Made by a program: the position numbers and the translations under genes. Of a DNA stretch of 64,000 nucleotides, positions 35,508 through 45,637 are shown one piece after another. The stretch is from an uncultured Anaerolineales bacterium. GTDB lineage: Bacteria; Chloroflexota; Anaerolineae; CG2-30-64-16. Where the stretch lies: NCBI GenBank assembly GCA_964387985.1, contig CAYLZG010000001.1, positions 438-64,437 on the forward strand. The letters run 5' to 3'. Position 1 is the first letter of the stretch, and each line of letters opens with the position of its first letter. The notes below the pieces were generated by a model that was not told where the DNA came from, made no database searches, and saw only the letters and a program-made list of their open reading frames with translations.

Positions 35508-37076
35508 GCGGTCCAACTCGAGAGGATCGAGCTCGACCAGGTCGGGGTCATCCTGGAGGATCTCCAGCGCGAAGTCCTCAGCGATGCGCTGGTACCCTTT
35601 GGCTCCCACGATCGCCGTGTAAGCCTCGCCGCGCGGCAGGGGGGTGTCGGTCGTGTAGACACCTTCGGCATCCGTTACACCGAAGGAAAGCACCGAACCA
35701 GTCTTGCCTTCGCTATTGTCTGCGTCGAAGTCGTCAACCACCAGGTCAGGGAACAGGAAGACAACGACCGCTCCCTGGATGGGTCGCTGCGTGGCATAAT
35801 CGACAACGGTCCCGGTGATGATCACGCCATCGTCTGCGGACGGTTTTGGCTTCTGTGGCGGACGATTGTTGGCCTGCTGTGTTCCGACTGTGAAGCCCGC
35901 CTCCTGGACAAGATCGTCTCGTATATAGACCTGCAGATTGTAGCTGCCATCGGTCAGGCCCTTCTTGCCGCTCAGACTAAGGTCAAGAATGCCGGACGCA
36001 CCATACTCCCACTCCAGATCAGTATCGCCGGCGATATCCTGTCCTTCGTACTGCCAGGCGTAGCTCCAATCCATGCCGTCACGCATGCCTTCGTAAGGCA
36101 GCCCTGCATGCACCTCGGCAGTGCCGGACCGGAAGCTCGTGGCCTCGCCCAGGACACCTTCGCTCTCGTCGAAGGCCGTCCCAAAAACGATCTCGCCAAA
36201 GGTTGCCTTGCCGGTCGGCCTGGCCGCCGCACCGCTGGGCGGCCGGGTGACGATCTGACCGCCGCTGGCGCCAATCTTGCGCGCCTCTTCGATGTAGGGC
36301 ACTGCACGGTTCGTGGGGCGAATCAGGTAGATAACATTGCCCGCCCGGTCCTGGATGCGCGCCGTGGGCACACCGATCAGCTCACCTGCTTCGTTGATCG
36401 CAGCTCCACCCGAGTTGCCCTGGTTGACCAACACGTCGGTCTTGAACCAGTCGAACTCATCGTCACCATCTTCATCCACGAAACCCGAAATGCGACCTTC
36501 AGTCGCGGTCACAGTGTCGCCCGCGATCCCGGGATATCCCACCACGATCACATCATCGAGCACCTCGACTGCATCCGAGTCCGCGAGGTCCATCGAGACG
36601 ACGGGCAGCGTGGGTGTGATCTTCTGTTTGCTGTTGTAATATGCGACGATCTTGAGCACCGCAATGTCGAGATCCGCATCGTAGGATAGGGCTTGGGCAA
36701 TATAAGCTGGCTTTGGGAGCTTGCGAGCGTCATCGGTGACGGCAACCACAGAGAGACCCTTGGCATTGAAGAAGTCGCCGGGCTGTAAACCCAATTCGTC
36801 CAGCTCCGAATCCGCACCTCCGGATGTCGGGTAACCGATGCAATGGAAGTTCGTCAGAATATAGCCTTCCTGATCGAGCATCGTGCCCGAGCAGAGGCTG
36901 CCTGCGTTTTCGTCCGCATCGAAAGGCGTCATGAGCTTTATTGAGGATCGCAGGACGCGCTGGGCGACATCGCGGTCCAGCGCCTGGACCTGTGGTGCGC
37001 TGCCAACGAGTCCGGCGGCAAATGAGAGCAAGGTCAAAACTGCAAACAGGATCGTCCGGTTCTGGCGTCTCATCAT
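35502..37076 (-). CDS. Secreted trypsin-like serine protease (S1 family) with C-terminal beta-rich domains
   Basis: The catalytic triad contexts are TNFHCIG, DIAVLKI and GNSGGAAIN. Signal peptide ILFAVLTLLSFAAG. No obvious PDZ domain. Confidence 0.8.
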   Translation of the reverse strand: MMRRQNRTILFAVLTLLSFAAGLVGSAPQVQALDRDVAQRVLRSSIKLMTPFDADENAGSLCSGTMLDQEGYILTNFHCIGYPTSGGADSELDELGLQPGDFFNAKGLSVVAVTDDARKLPKPAYIAQALSYDADLDIAVLKIVAYYNSKQKITPTLPVVSMDLADSDAVEVLDDVIVVGYPGIAGDTVTATEGRISGFVDEDGDDEFDWFKTDVLVNQGNSGGAAINEAGELIGVPTARIQDRAGNVIYLIRPTNRAVPYIEEARKIGASGGQIVTRPPSGAAARPTGKATFGEIVFGTAFDESEGVLGEATSFRSGTAEVHAGLPYEGMRDGMDWSYAWQYEGQDIAGDTDLEWEYGASGILDLSLSGKKGLTDGSYNLQVYIRDDLVQEAGFTVGTQQANNRPPQKPKPSADDGVIITGTVVDYATQRPIQGAVVVFLFPDLVVDDFDADNSEGKTGSVLSFGVTDAEGVYTTDTPLPRGEAYTAIVGAKGYQRIAEDFALEILQDDPDLVELDPLELDRL

Positions 37077-37082
37077 CGTCTC

Positions 37083-37688
37083 CTACTTCAGCTCAAGCGA
37101 GCCAAGGATGCGACCCCACACGCCATCGAGGCCCTTGAACGCGTCTGCCGAAGCCAGCATACTTGCCACGGTCATGACGTCATCCTGGCGGATCAGCACG
37201 TCTGCACCCTCAGCGACGATGGGAACGCTATTGGGCGTGGCAATCACCGGCTCCGCGACATAGACATAATCCACCCGCACAGCATTCTTGCCGCGCACCT
37301 GGGTTTCTCCGATGCTCAACACCTTGTAGCCGAGCAGGTCCTTTGCCTTGCGATCCGCCCACTTGAGGGCGAAGTCGCCGAGCGTCTGAGCACTCGTGCT
37401 GATTTCCGTCACCGGCATCTGCCGGAGCACGAAGCGCGCCGGAAAGAGCCCGGCGTCGAACGATTCACTGACGACAAGCACTTCGTCAGCCGAGTCGCCT
37501 TTCGCTTGAGCCCAGGAGGCCGGATAGCTGACAGACACGTTGGCATCGCTGAAAGCGGACGATCGATTTACTACGATGGTGCGTGCGATGAGCCCCACGG
37601 CCAACAGGATGATAACGAGGGCCCAAACTAACCATTCCGGTTCTTCCTCGCGGAACAGGGTGCGCCGGAGCATTGAGCGGGTTGTCAT
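37083..37688 (-). CDS. Single-pass membrane protein, function unknown
   Basis: TM helix WLVWALVIILLAVGLIA followed by a soluble domain. The start is placed at MTTRS (AAGGA 9 nt upstream), which removes the overlap with prsW. Confidence 0.5.
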   Translation of the reverse strand: MTTRSMLRRTLFREEEPEWLVWALVIILLAVGLIARTIVVNRSSAFSDANVSVSYPASWAQAKGDSADEVLVVSESFDAGLFPARFVLRQMPVTEISTSAQTLGDFALKWADRKAKDLLGYKVLSIGETQVRGKNAVRVDYVYVAEPVIATPNSVPIVAEGADVLIRQDDVMTVASMLASADAFKGLDGVWGRILGSLELK

Positions 37689-37701
37689 GGGTGCCATTCC
37701 T

Positions 37702-38628
37702 TTACGCAGAAGCAGCGCCGGGCCGCGCACTGCGTCGCATGATGATGAACAAGGTGAGGAACGTGGCTGCAGCTACGACTGAGGCAAATATCAGGCCATT
37801 CAGCGGCGTGGGGCGCAGGCCGCTGCGCGTGATTTCACTGAGCAGTGTGCTGACGACGCCGTTCAGAATCGCAGCGAGCAGGAGCCCAGCCGGCAGCCAG
37901 AAGGGACCACGGTTCTCGAATTTGGCGCGACCCAAGAAATAGCCGGTCACACCGGCAAACGAAGCATGTGCCAATGCGATGACGGCAATACGGACTGCGC
38001 CGATCCCCAGATCGACACCGCCGTTCTGCAGGACATATTGGACGTTCAAGAGGGTGGCATAGCCCAAACCGGCAGCAGCGCCGTAAATGATGCCGTCAAT
38101 GCGCTCGTCAAATTCGACGCTGCGGAAGATGCTGTAACGAACGGCAGCATACTTAAGAAACTCCTGCGTGACGCCCACGATGCAGATGCCTGCCAGCAGC
38201 TGCAGGAAGAGACTGCTGCCAGCCCACTTGTTCACCCCAAACACATCCTGGATCAACGGCTGGCCCACCGCGGCTGCCAGAAGAACACCCAGAATAAAGA
38301 CTCCGATGACGAATTGCTTCGGCTCCGGCTCAGCGCGGTCCTGAAGATAGAATACGCCCAACCAGGCGGCCGCCGGAACCAGCGCCAACAGGAGACCGGC
38401 AATGGTAAGCCAGGGGCCTTGCAGATTGGTGCGTAGGGCCGGTGCGCCGAAGAACACTGCTGCCACAAACGCGGCAAGGCCGATGATCAGAACCAACATG
38501 GCCAGCCACATGCCGCGACGATTCTGGCCCAACCGGGCATAGTGATCATCGCAAAAGGACCGACCGCCGAACATTCTGGCCGCGCCAGCAATTGACTTAT
38601 TGCACACGCAGCAAGTTTCGCCCGCCAT
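37702..38628 (-). CDS. prsW: PrsW-family intramembrane protease with N-terminal zinc-ribbon
   Basis: Motifs DRAEPEPK and QEFLKYAAVR, a His-containing C-terminal helix, and a polytopic layout. N-terminal CCVC...CDDH. SD AAGGAGG lies 8 nt before the ATG. Confidence 0.75.
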   Translation of the reverse strand: MAGETCCVCNKSIAGAARMFGGRSFCDDHYARLGQNRRGMWLAMLVLIIGLAAFVAAVFFGAPALRTNLQGPWLTIAGLLLALVPAAAWLGVFYLQDRAEPEPKQFVIGVFILGVLLAAAVGQPLIQDVFGVNKWAGSSLFLQLLAGICIVGVTQEFLKYAAVRYSIFRSVEFDERIDGIIYGAAAGLGYATLLNVQYVLQNGGVDLGIGAVRIAVIALAHASFAGVTGYFLGRAKFENRGPFWLPAGLLLAAILNGVVSTLLSEITRSGLRPTPLNGLIFASVVAAATFLTLFIIMRRSARPGAASA

Positions 38629-38703
38629 AAGTGCATTCCTCCTTTGAAGAGACGGCCTCTGTGATTGCCAGGGGAGAAATCGAGCCGGGCCCTGCCGGTC
38701 GGG

Positions 38704-38958
38704 CTACTTCAGGCGTGCACGCACCTGGCCGATGATGAATTCGTTGGTGGTGTGAATGCCGGTGGCAGCCTTCGAATAGATCAACTCGTCATCGACGGTC
38801 ACTTCGTACCGGCCATTGCCCGAAGGAATCAGCACGATCGACTCAATGGGGTGTTGCCCTCCGACGAAAGGCTTGAATGTGTTGACCAATGTTTCCGCCA
38901 AACTGACGGCCCGGGGCGTGTAGTTTCACGCCACACAAAATTCAATCGAGATACGCAT
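38704..38958 (-). CDS. SelW/Rdx-family selenoprotein (84 aa) with in-frame UGA = Sec in a CxxU motif
   Basis: Reading the minus strand from the ATG at 38958 gives MRISIEFCVA-U-NYTPRAVSLAETLVNTFKPF...GNGRYEVTVDDELIYSKAATGIHTTNEFI. The UGA is at 38926-38928, in frame with track ORF 38704..38901. GGAG lies 9 nt before the ATG. Confidence 0.85.
38895..38909 (-). promoter_or_regulatory. Candidate bacterial SECIS stem-loop
   Basis: The RNA is CCGUC-AGUUU-GGCGG (5 bp including one G-U, 5-nt loop containing GU). It begins 16 nt after the UGA. The alternative hairpin GCGUG-AAACUA-CACGC spans the UGA itself. Confidence 0.4.
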
Positions 38959-39119
38959 GTTTTCTACTCCGTGCCTGGATGGGGTTGTTTCAACCATGCG
39001 CGGGCCCCGGACTGTTTTAAAGTCCAAACAGGGCGCCGCGCTGGCGGTAATAACTTGCGGACCGGCGAACGAAGGCAGATAAATTTCGCGACAAAACGCG
39101 GGCGGAGCCGGATCTCCCT

Positions 39120-39341
39120 TTACAGAATCGGCCGATCGGGCTGGCGCGCCTGGGCAAACTGGGATTCGAGTTCCGCGCGTCGTTCTGCCGAGGCGCGCTT
39201 GCCCTCGTCGATCACCATATTCAACCGCTGCTTGATTGTCTCCTGCATGTCATGACCCGACTTGGGCGCCATCAGTGAAGTTACCGCCGCGCCGGTCAAC
39301 GCACCCAAAAGCAAACCTTCAACAAACTTCCCAACACTCAT
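39120..39341 (-). CDS. YtxH-domain small membrane-associated protein
   Basis: MSVGKFVEGLLLGALTGAAVTSLMAPKSGHDMQETIKQRL is a typical YtxH N-terminus. The start is moved to the ATG at 39341 (AAGGAG 7 nt upstream). Confidence 0.75.
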   Translation of the reverse strand: MSVGKFVEGLLLGALTGAAVTSLMAPKSGHDMQETIKQRLNMVIDEGKRASAERRAELESQFAQARQPDRPIL

Positions 39342-39399
39342 GTATTGCTCCTTCTTTCCGTGCAACCGGTGAACTCGCGCTCATCGATAAGGCAGCGCA

Positions 39400-39426
39400 A
39401 GTATAGCATATCGCCCCCCCGGTCAA
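39400..39426 (-). promoter_or_regulatory. Promoter TTGACC-15-TGcTATACT upstream of ytxH
   Basis: The minus strand reads TTGACCgggggggcgatatgcTATACT. The extended -10 may compensate for the short spacer. Confidence 0.55.
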
Positions 39427-39454
39427 AAACAGTTCCGGCGCCATGGAATCCGTG

Positions 39455-41183
<1,729 letters not shown>

Positions 41184-41185
<2 letters not shown>

Positions 41186-41909
41186 GCAACCTCAGACCGT
41201 CGCAGCGCTCTTGGCGCTGAATCAGCGGTTCTACGCCCGTTTCGCCGGCGACTTTGCCCGTACGCGGCGAACCTGGCCTCCGGGCTTCGACCGTATTCTA
41301 CCTTATCTGCAGACTGCTTCCAACGTATTGGATTTGGGCTGCGGGAATGCCCGGCTGCTCACTTTCCTGGGCGCGAGTAAGTGGCAAGGGCAGTATGACG
41401 GACTGGACAGCAGCGAAAACCTTCTCGTAGAGGCGCGTGCGGCCGCCCAGGCACACCCCCAGAACCCCGCGCACTTTATCGTCGCGGACCTGTATACGGA
41501 TAGCTGGCCCCAGGCCATGCGAGGCCCCTACGACGCGCTGGTCAGTCTCGCCGTCCTGCACCACATCCCAGGCGCCATGAACCGAAGGCACTTCCTGATG
41601 CAATGTGCGGACCTGCTCAGACCCGGTTGCCACCTGATCGTGTCGACCTGGCAGTTCATGACGTCTGAACGGTTGCGAAAGCGTATCGTGCCCTGGGAAG
41701 CAGCGGGGATCGCGGAGGCCGACGTAGAATCAGGCGATTACCTCATGGGCTGGGGAGAGGGTGCGCCAGGTCTCCGTTACTGCGCGTTCATCGATGAGCC
41801 TGAGCTGGTAGATATGGCAACCGAAGCGGGTCTGAGCTGCACTGAGACCTTCTTCTCCGATGGCCACGAGGGAAATCTGAATCTCTACGGGGTGTTTACC
41901 GCCAGGTGA
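41184..41909 (+). CDS. Class I SAM-dependent methyltransferase, Trm9-like
   Basis: FARTRRTWPPGFDRILPYL...VLDLGCGNARLL, ...YDALVSLAVLHHIPGAMNRRHFLMQCADLLRPGCHLIVSTWQF and the tail ...LRYCAFIDEPEL...NLNLYGVF parallel yeast Trm9 blocks as I recall them. The ATG at 41184 overlaps the elp3 ATG. A TTG at 41208 is an alternative start. Confidence 0.65.
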
Positions 41910-43023
41910 AGCGCCGGCCCCCACTGGGCGGGCTGACAATGTCACCGGGCTCGTCCGGACCGCCCTTGCGGACCTGCACACGCCATGTGTAGTCAACCCC
42001 CGCGCTCCCGGTGGGGCGATAATCGTCCGGCAATCGCCAGGATGTACTCTTCGTCCACCAGGTAACGATCGGCGTCTCTTTCTCCGGTGACTTGAGCGTC
42101 ACCACGTACCATTCATCCTGCGCCAGCACACCCACAGATGTCCAGCTTAGCAACGCCGAGTCTTCACTGCCGATGATCTCAGCATCACCAGGCGTCAGGA
42201 GCCGAGGCGCCGCCAATCCTGGTGTCGGCGTGGGCGTGTCAGGCAAAGGGGTGACAGGCACTGTCGGCGTCAGGGTTGGAGTCGCGGGTATCAACGGGAT
42301 CAACAGGGCGCGGCCGATGTGTAGCGTCTCGCCCGGCTGCATGCCGTTTGCCTGCATGATCCAATCGATCCGTGAGTTGTGGCGCTCGGCTAACCCGCTG
42401 ATCGTGTCACCTGACTTCACAGTGACCATCAGGCCTTCCGGTCCGGGCGTTGTGGTGGGTCCTGCGCCACCCAATCCGCCGACCGCGGGTATCAACAGTT
42501 CCTGGCCCACGCTCAGCCGCCCGTCAGCGGGCAAACCGTTGGCCTGGATGATCTCGCCGATGGTTGAACCATAGAGGCTCGCAATCCCGTAAACCGTATC
42601 GCCCGACTTGACTGTATGCCGGGCCGGTCCGACCGGCGTCAGTGGGGGAGGAGCTGGCGTCACTGCAGGCAGAGCAGTTGCGGTCGGCTCCGGCGCGGGT
42701 TGGGGCGTGGCCGTTGGGTCATCCAGCGCAAGCGCTGCTACGAGGGCGACGGTCGGCGTTGCGATCGTCCGTTGGGAGCTGAGGGCGTTCTGGCGCGTGT
42801 CCGGGGACTCAGGCGCATGCAACCACCAGACTGCCAAAACGCCAGCAATCGCGGCGAAAAGGAAGAGGTCGGCCCAGGGCAGACGCAAGTGACGCCGCGG
42901 TGCGGTGTCAAGAACTGTACCGCAGAAGAAACAGGTTTCTGCTTTCTGAGCAACTCGTGTCCCGCAATGGGGACAACTACGTTGTTGGCCGTATAACGGC
43001 CGGGGTAACTCCGGCTGGCTCAT
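41896..43023 (-). CDS. Membrane-anchored protein with N-terminal zinc ribbon and two LysM domains
   Basis: Zinc ribbon CPHCGTRVAQKAETCFFCG. One TM helix. The two LysM domains are HTVKSGDTVYGIASLYGSTIGEIIQANGL and VTVKSGDTISGLAERHNSRIDWIMQANGM. Confidence 0.8.
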   Translation of the reverse strand: MSQPELPRPLYGQQRSCPHCGTRVAQKAETCFFCGTVLDTAPRRHLRLPWADLFLFAAIAGVLAVWWLHAPESPDTRQNALSSQRTIATPTVALVAALALDDPTATPQPAPEPTATALPAVTPAPPPLTPVGPARHTVKSGDTVYGIASLYGSTIGEIIQANGLPADGRLSVGQELLIPAVGGLGGAGPTTTPGPEGLMVTVKSGDTISGLAERHNSRIDWIMQANGMQPGETLHIGRALLIPLIPATPTLTPTVPVTPLPDTPTPTPGLAAPRLLTPGDAEIIGSEDSALLSWTSVGVLAQDEWYVVTLKSPEKETPIVTWWTKSTSWRLPDDYRPTGSAGVDYTWRVQVRKGGPDEPGDIVSPPSGGRRFTWR

Positions 43024-43053
43024 AAGTAAAGAGATTATAGCGATCCGGTGCGC

Positions 43054-44916
43054 TTAACGCAAATTCCCCTGTCCCCGCAAGGGGTCGCGCCGTCTCCATT
43101 GCAGGGCAAACAGCAGCAAAACCCCCACCAGTCCTAAGCCGGAAAGCAAGGCCCCGGCCACCCTGGGAGGCGTCGGCCCGAAAGACACGGCTACCTCATG
43201 CTCCCCCGGAGGCACGTCCAGGGCAATCAGACCGTTTGGCCCATCCGGCCTGATCTCAACGGGATTGCCGTCGATCGTTCCACGCCAACCCGCGAAATAG
43301 TACGTATAGAAGTGTAGGGTAACTCCAGCATCCGAACGCACCCGGGCCCGCGCAAACAGCGCGCCGGAATCCTGGTCCAGGATATCACCCGTCCCTGATG
43401 AGATGGCTGCCTTCTTCAGCGGCTCACCGGCGAGATATTGGGCGATCAGCGGTGAATCCGCGTCTGTGGGCAGTCGTTGAGAAAAGCTCGTCATGCCCCG
43501 CATATTGGGGTAAGTCATCTCGAAATCCAATACTGCAAGTGGGCTTTCGTCCACCGGCCGCAAGGGGACGAGCTCAGGCCGTATGTATGGCACGCTGCCC
43601 AACACCAGCACCAATCCGATCACATAGATGTAAGGACTCGGCACTCCGGTTGTCGTTGACCCATCGCGGCTGCTTAGCCAGTCAACGCCGGCGGCGGCAA
43701 GGAGCGCGCCGGTGAACACCGTGACCGACAGCAGCCGCCAGGGAAACTGGACCATTGCGAGAAGCGGCAGGACATCCCATAGCCGTCCGGACAGGGGCGT
43801 CATCATGAAGATCGCAATCGCTGTAGCCATCACAAAATACACGGCAAGCGCTCGCGGCATCGGATGCCCGGCCCGTTTGCCCAACGCTGCCGCAGCCCCC
43901 AAGGCGCCCAGCACGAACGCCACGATGCCTATCTGAAAACTCATCCCGTCGCCGGGACCGTCGACCGAGTAGCCGTAGCCCCACGTCGGATCGAGAAATT
44001 GGCTGGGATAGACGAAGTGCAGGCGGTAGCTGTAGGTCTCATTCACCCACTGCCATTGGGCCACGCCAGCTCGATCCAGTAGCAGAGGAACGAAGAAAAT
44101 GCTCGCAAGCAGTCCGGTCAATGCCAGCGCGAGCAGCGTCCATCCGGTGGCAGGCGTGCGGACCTGTGCGAAGAAACCCTGCCCCGAAGATCTACCTCGC
44201 CCAAGATCCCGCAGGAATAATACGATCAGCAGACCGGCCAACAAGGGTATAAAGGTCAGCGTTGACACGGTGTGAAATAACATCAAGGCTGCCAGGGACA
44301 GAGCGGCAAGTGCCGCGCGGCGTGGACCGGGATCTTCCCACAGCAGAAGGAGCGCCAGTGCGGTCCAGGGCAGCCAGGCCATCGCCATGAACTCGGCCAA
44401 TGCAGCGCGGACATAGATCTGTGACAGGTGATAGGGGGCGTAGGTGAAAGCAAGGCTGGCGACCATTGCAATCGCCGGGCTGAACCAAACCCGGGCAAGC
44501 CGGTATACGCCTGTAGCGCCAACCAAAAAGCCGAGCGCCCAGGTGGCTTTGATTGCGGTCGCGAAGCCCATGCCCAGAAGATGAAAGATCTCGCCCACAT
44601 AGTAGGCCAGTGGCGCATAGACCAGGAACGTCGGGTAACCAAAGCCCACGGAGTGATCCGGCCCCCAGATGGGCCACAACGCGCCCTCACGAATGCTCTG
44701 ATCAAACTCGACGAGGAAGAAGATGCTGTGCCGCGCATCGTGCGCCTTCATGAAGTAGCTGGGAGCGAGCAATGTGAGCATCGCAGGCACTGCGAGCAGC
44801 AAGGCGAGCCACAGATGGCGATCCACATGGCTGATTCGCGGGTGAGCGTCGCGATGTGACGCGATGTGCGATAAAGACGGCGTCGAGCCGGTCGAATGGT
44901 TGGATGAGGTGTTCAT
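43054..44916 (-). CDS. Large polytopic membrane protein, GT-C-like (family often auto-annotated PTPS-related membrane protein), paralogue A
   Basis: About 12 TM helices. The N-terminal block SYFMKAHDARHSIFFLVEFDQSIREGALWPIWGPDHSVGFGYPTFLVYAPLAYY is paralogous to 51674..53599. The start is taken at MNTSS (44916), 7 nt after the upstream stop. Confidence 0.6.
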   Translation of the reverse strand: MNTSSNHSTGSTPSLSHIASHRDAHPRISHVDRHLWLALLLAVPAMLTLLAPSYFMKAHDARHSIFFLVEFDQSIREGALWPIWGPDHSVGFGYPTFLVYAPLAYYVGEIFHLLGMGFATAIKATWALGFLVGATGVYRLARVWFSPAIAMVASLAFTYAPYHLSQIYVRAALAEFMAMAWLPWTALALLLLWEDPGPRRAALAALSLAALMLFHTVSTLTFIPLLAGLLIVLFLRDLGRGRSSGQGFFAQVRTPATGWTLLALALTGLLASIFFVPLLLDRAGVAQWQWVNETYSYRLHFVYPSQFLDPTWGYGYSVDGPGDGMSFQIGIVAFVLGALGAAAALGKRAGHPMPRALAVYFVMATAIAIFMMTPLSGRLWDVLPLLAMVQFPWRLLSVTVFTGALLAAAGVDWLSSRDGSTTTGVPSPYIYVIGLVLVLGSVPYIRPELVPLRPVDESPLAVLDFEMTYPNMRGMTSFSQRLPTDADSPLIAQYLAGEPLKKAAISSGTGDILDQDSGALFARARVRSDAGVTLHFYTYYFAGWRGTIDGNPVEIRPDGPNGLIALDVPPGEHEVAVSFGPTPPRVAGALLSGLGLVGVLLLFALQWRRRDPLRGQGNLR

Positions 44917-44923
44917 GCCGTGG

Positions 44924-45517
44924 TCAGGATCGATCCTCACCGATGACGCGCGCACCGCGCGGTGTATCCTTGCCGGGAGCGAGGATCACCCCGCCTCCGC
45001 CTGCACCCACTGCCTTGTCCAGCGGACTTTCATCTGCCTGCTCACGGGCAGATGAAGCTGCCGCCGGCTTCTCGAGCCGGCTTATGAACCCGCGTAGAAT
45101 CTCCACCTCGATAACGGTTACGCCGTAGCGCTCGCTATGTGCGAGCAGAAAACGGCTCATATCGAGCAGGAACGCTCTGCGCAGACCAGCGTAATTGCCA
45201 TACGCGCGCCAATCCAGCGGAAGGTTGTCTTGCAGGAAGACCTGGCAGGCGGGGGTGCGGCTTCCTTCAGCCGCATAGGCGGCGATGGGCTTCTCCGTAC
45301 GTCGCGCCCACCACAGCTCTAGACCGACCGGGGCAACGATGTCACGGCCGAGCACCAGGACAAACAAGTGACACTCAGCCACAGAATCGATGTCCGGCGT
45401 GCGTTTGATGATCCAGCCGACGTTTACGGGAAACTCCGCAAGAGCGCGACCGAGAAGTTCTCTCGCTCCATCTTCTGCGGGCGCAGCACTGATGAACAGG
45501 CGAACCTGTGTTGCCAC
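44924..45517 (-). CDS. Hypothetical cytoplasmic protein (197 aa)
   Basis: GTG start with GAGG 8 nt upstream, below a TGaTATAAT promoter. I can make no confident family assignment. Confidence 0.5.
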   Translation of the reverse strand: MATQVRLFISAAPAEDGARELLGRALAEFPVNVGWIIKRTPDIDSVAECHLFVLVLGRDIVAPVGLELWWARRTEKPIAAYAAEGSRTPACQVFLQDNLPLDWRAYGNYAGLRRAFLLDMSRFLLAHSERYGVTVIEVEILRGFISRLEKPAAASSAREQADESPLDKAVGAGGGGVILAPGKDTPRGARVIGEDRS

Positions 45518-45556
45518 GAAGTGAACCTCACGAAAGGTCTATCAACAGCACGGGGC

Positions 45557-45565
45557 ATTATATCA
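45557..45565 (-). promoter_or_regulatory. Extended -10 promoter TGaTATAAT for the 197-aa gene / GT-C-like A / LysM operon
   Basis: The minus strand reads TGATATAAT. The -35 is weak. Confidence 0.5.
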
Positions 45566-45576
45566 TACGCGCTTGT

Positions 45577-45605
45577 TTGCCCGGATGCCCGCCTGGCGGT
45601 AAGAT
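45577..45605 (+). promoter_or_regulatory. Candidate promoter TTGCCC-17-TAAGAT for the class-V aminotransferase gene
   Basis: Hexamers at 45577-45582 and 45600-45605. AGGAG lies 7 nt before the ATG at 45638. Confidence 0.4.
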
Positions 45606-45637
45606 CAGGCCACTTTCATCCGGGCAGGAGTCGCAGA

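Noticed and set aside
38910-38932. Hairpin GCGUG-AAACUA-CACGC as the SECIS element
   Set aside because: It includes the UGA codon itself in the stem, which does not fit the usual bacterial SECIS placement. The downstream CCGUC/GGCGG stem-loop is the better candidate, though neither is verified.
39009-39025. Anticodon-arm-like hairpin GGACT-GTTTTAA-AGTCC in the ytxH-selW spacer (considered as tRNA or tRNA-Sec)
   Set aside because: There is no acceptor stem, D-arm or TTCGA-type T-loop on either strand. It is probably just a spacer hairpin.
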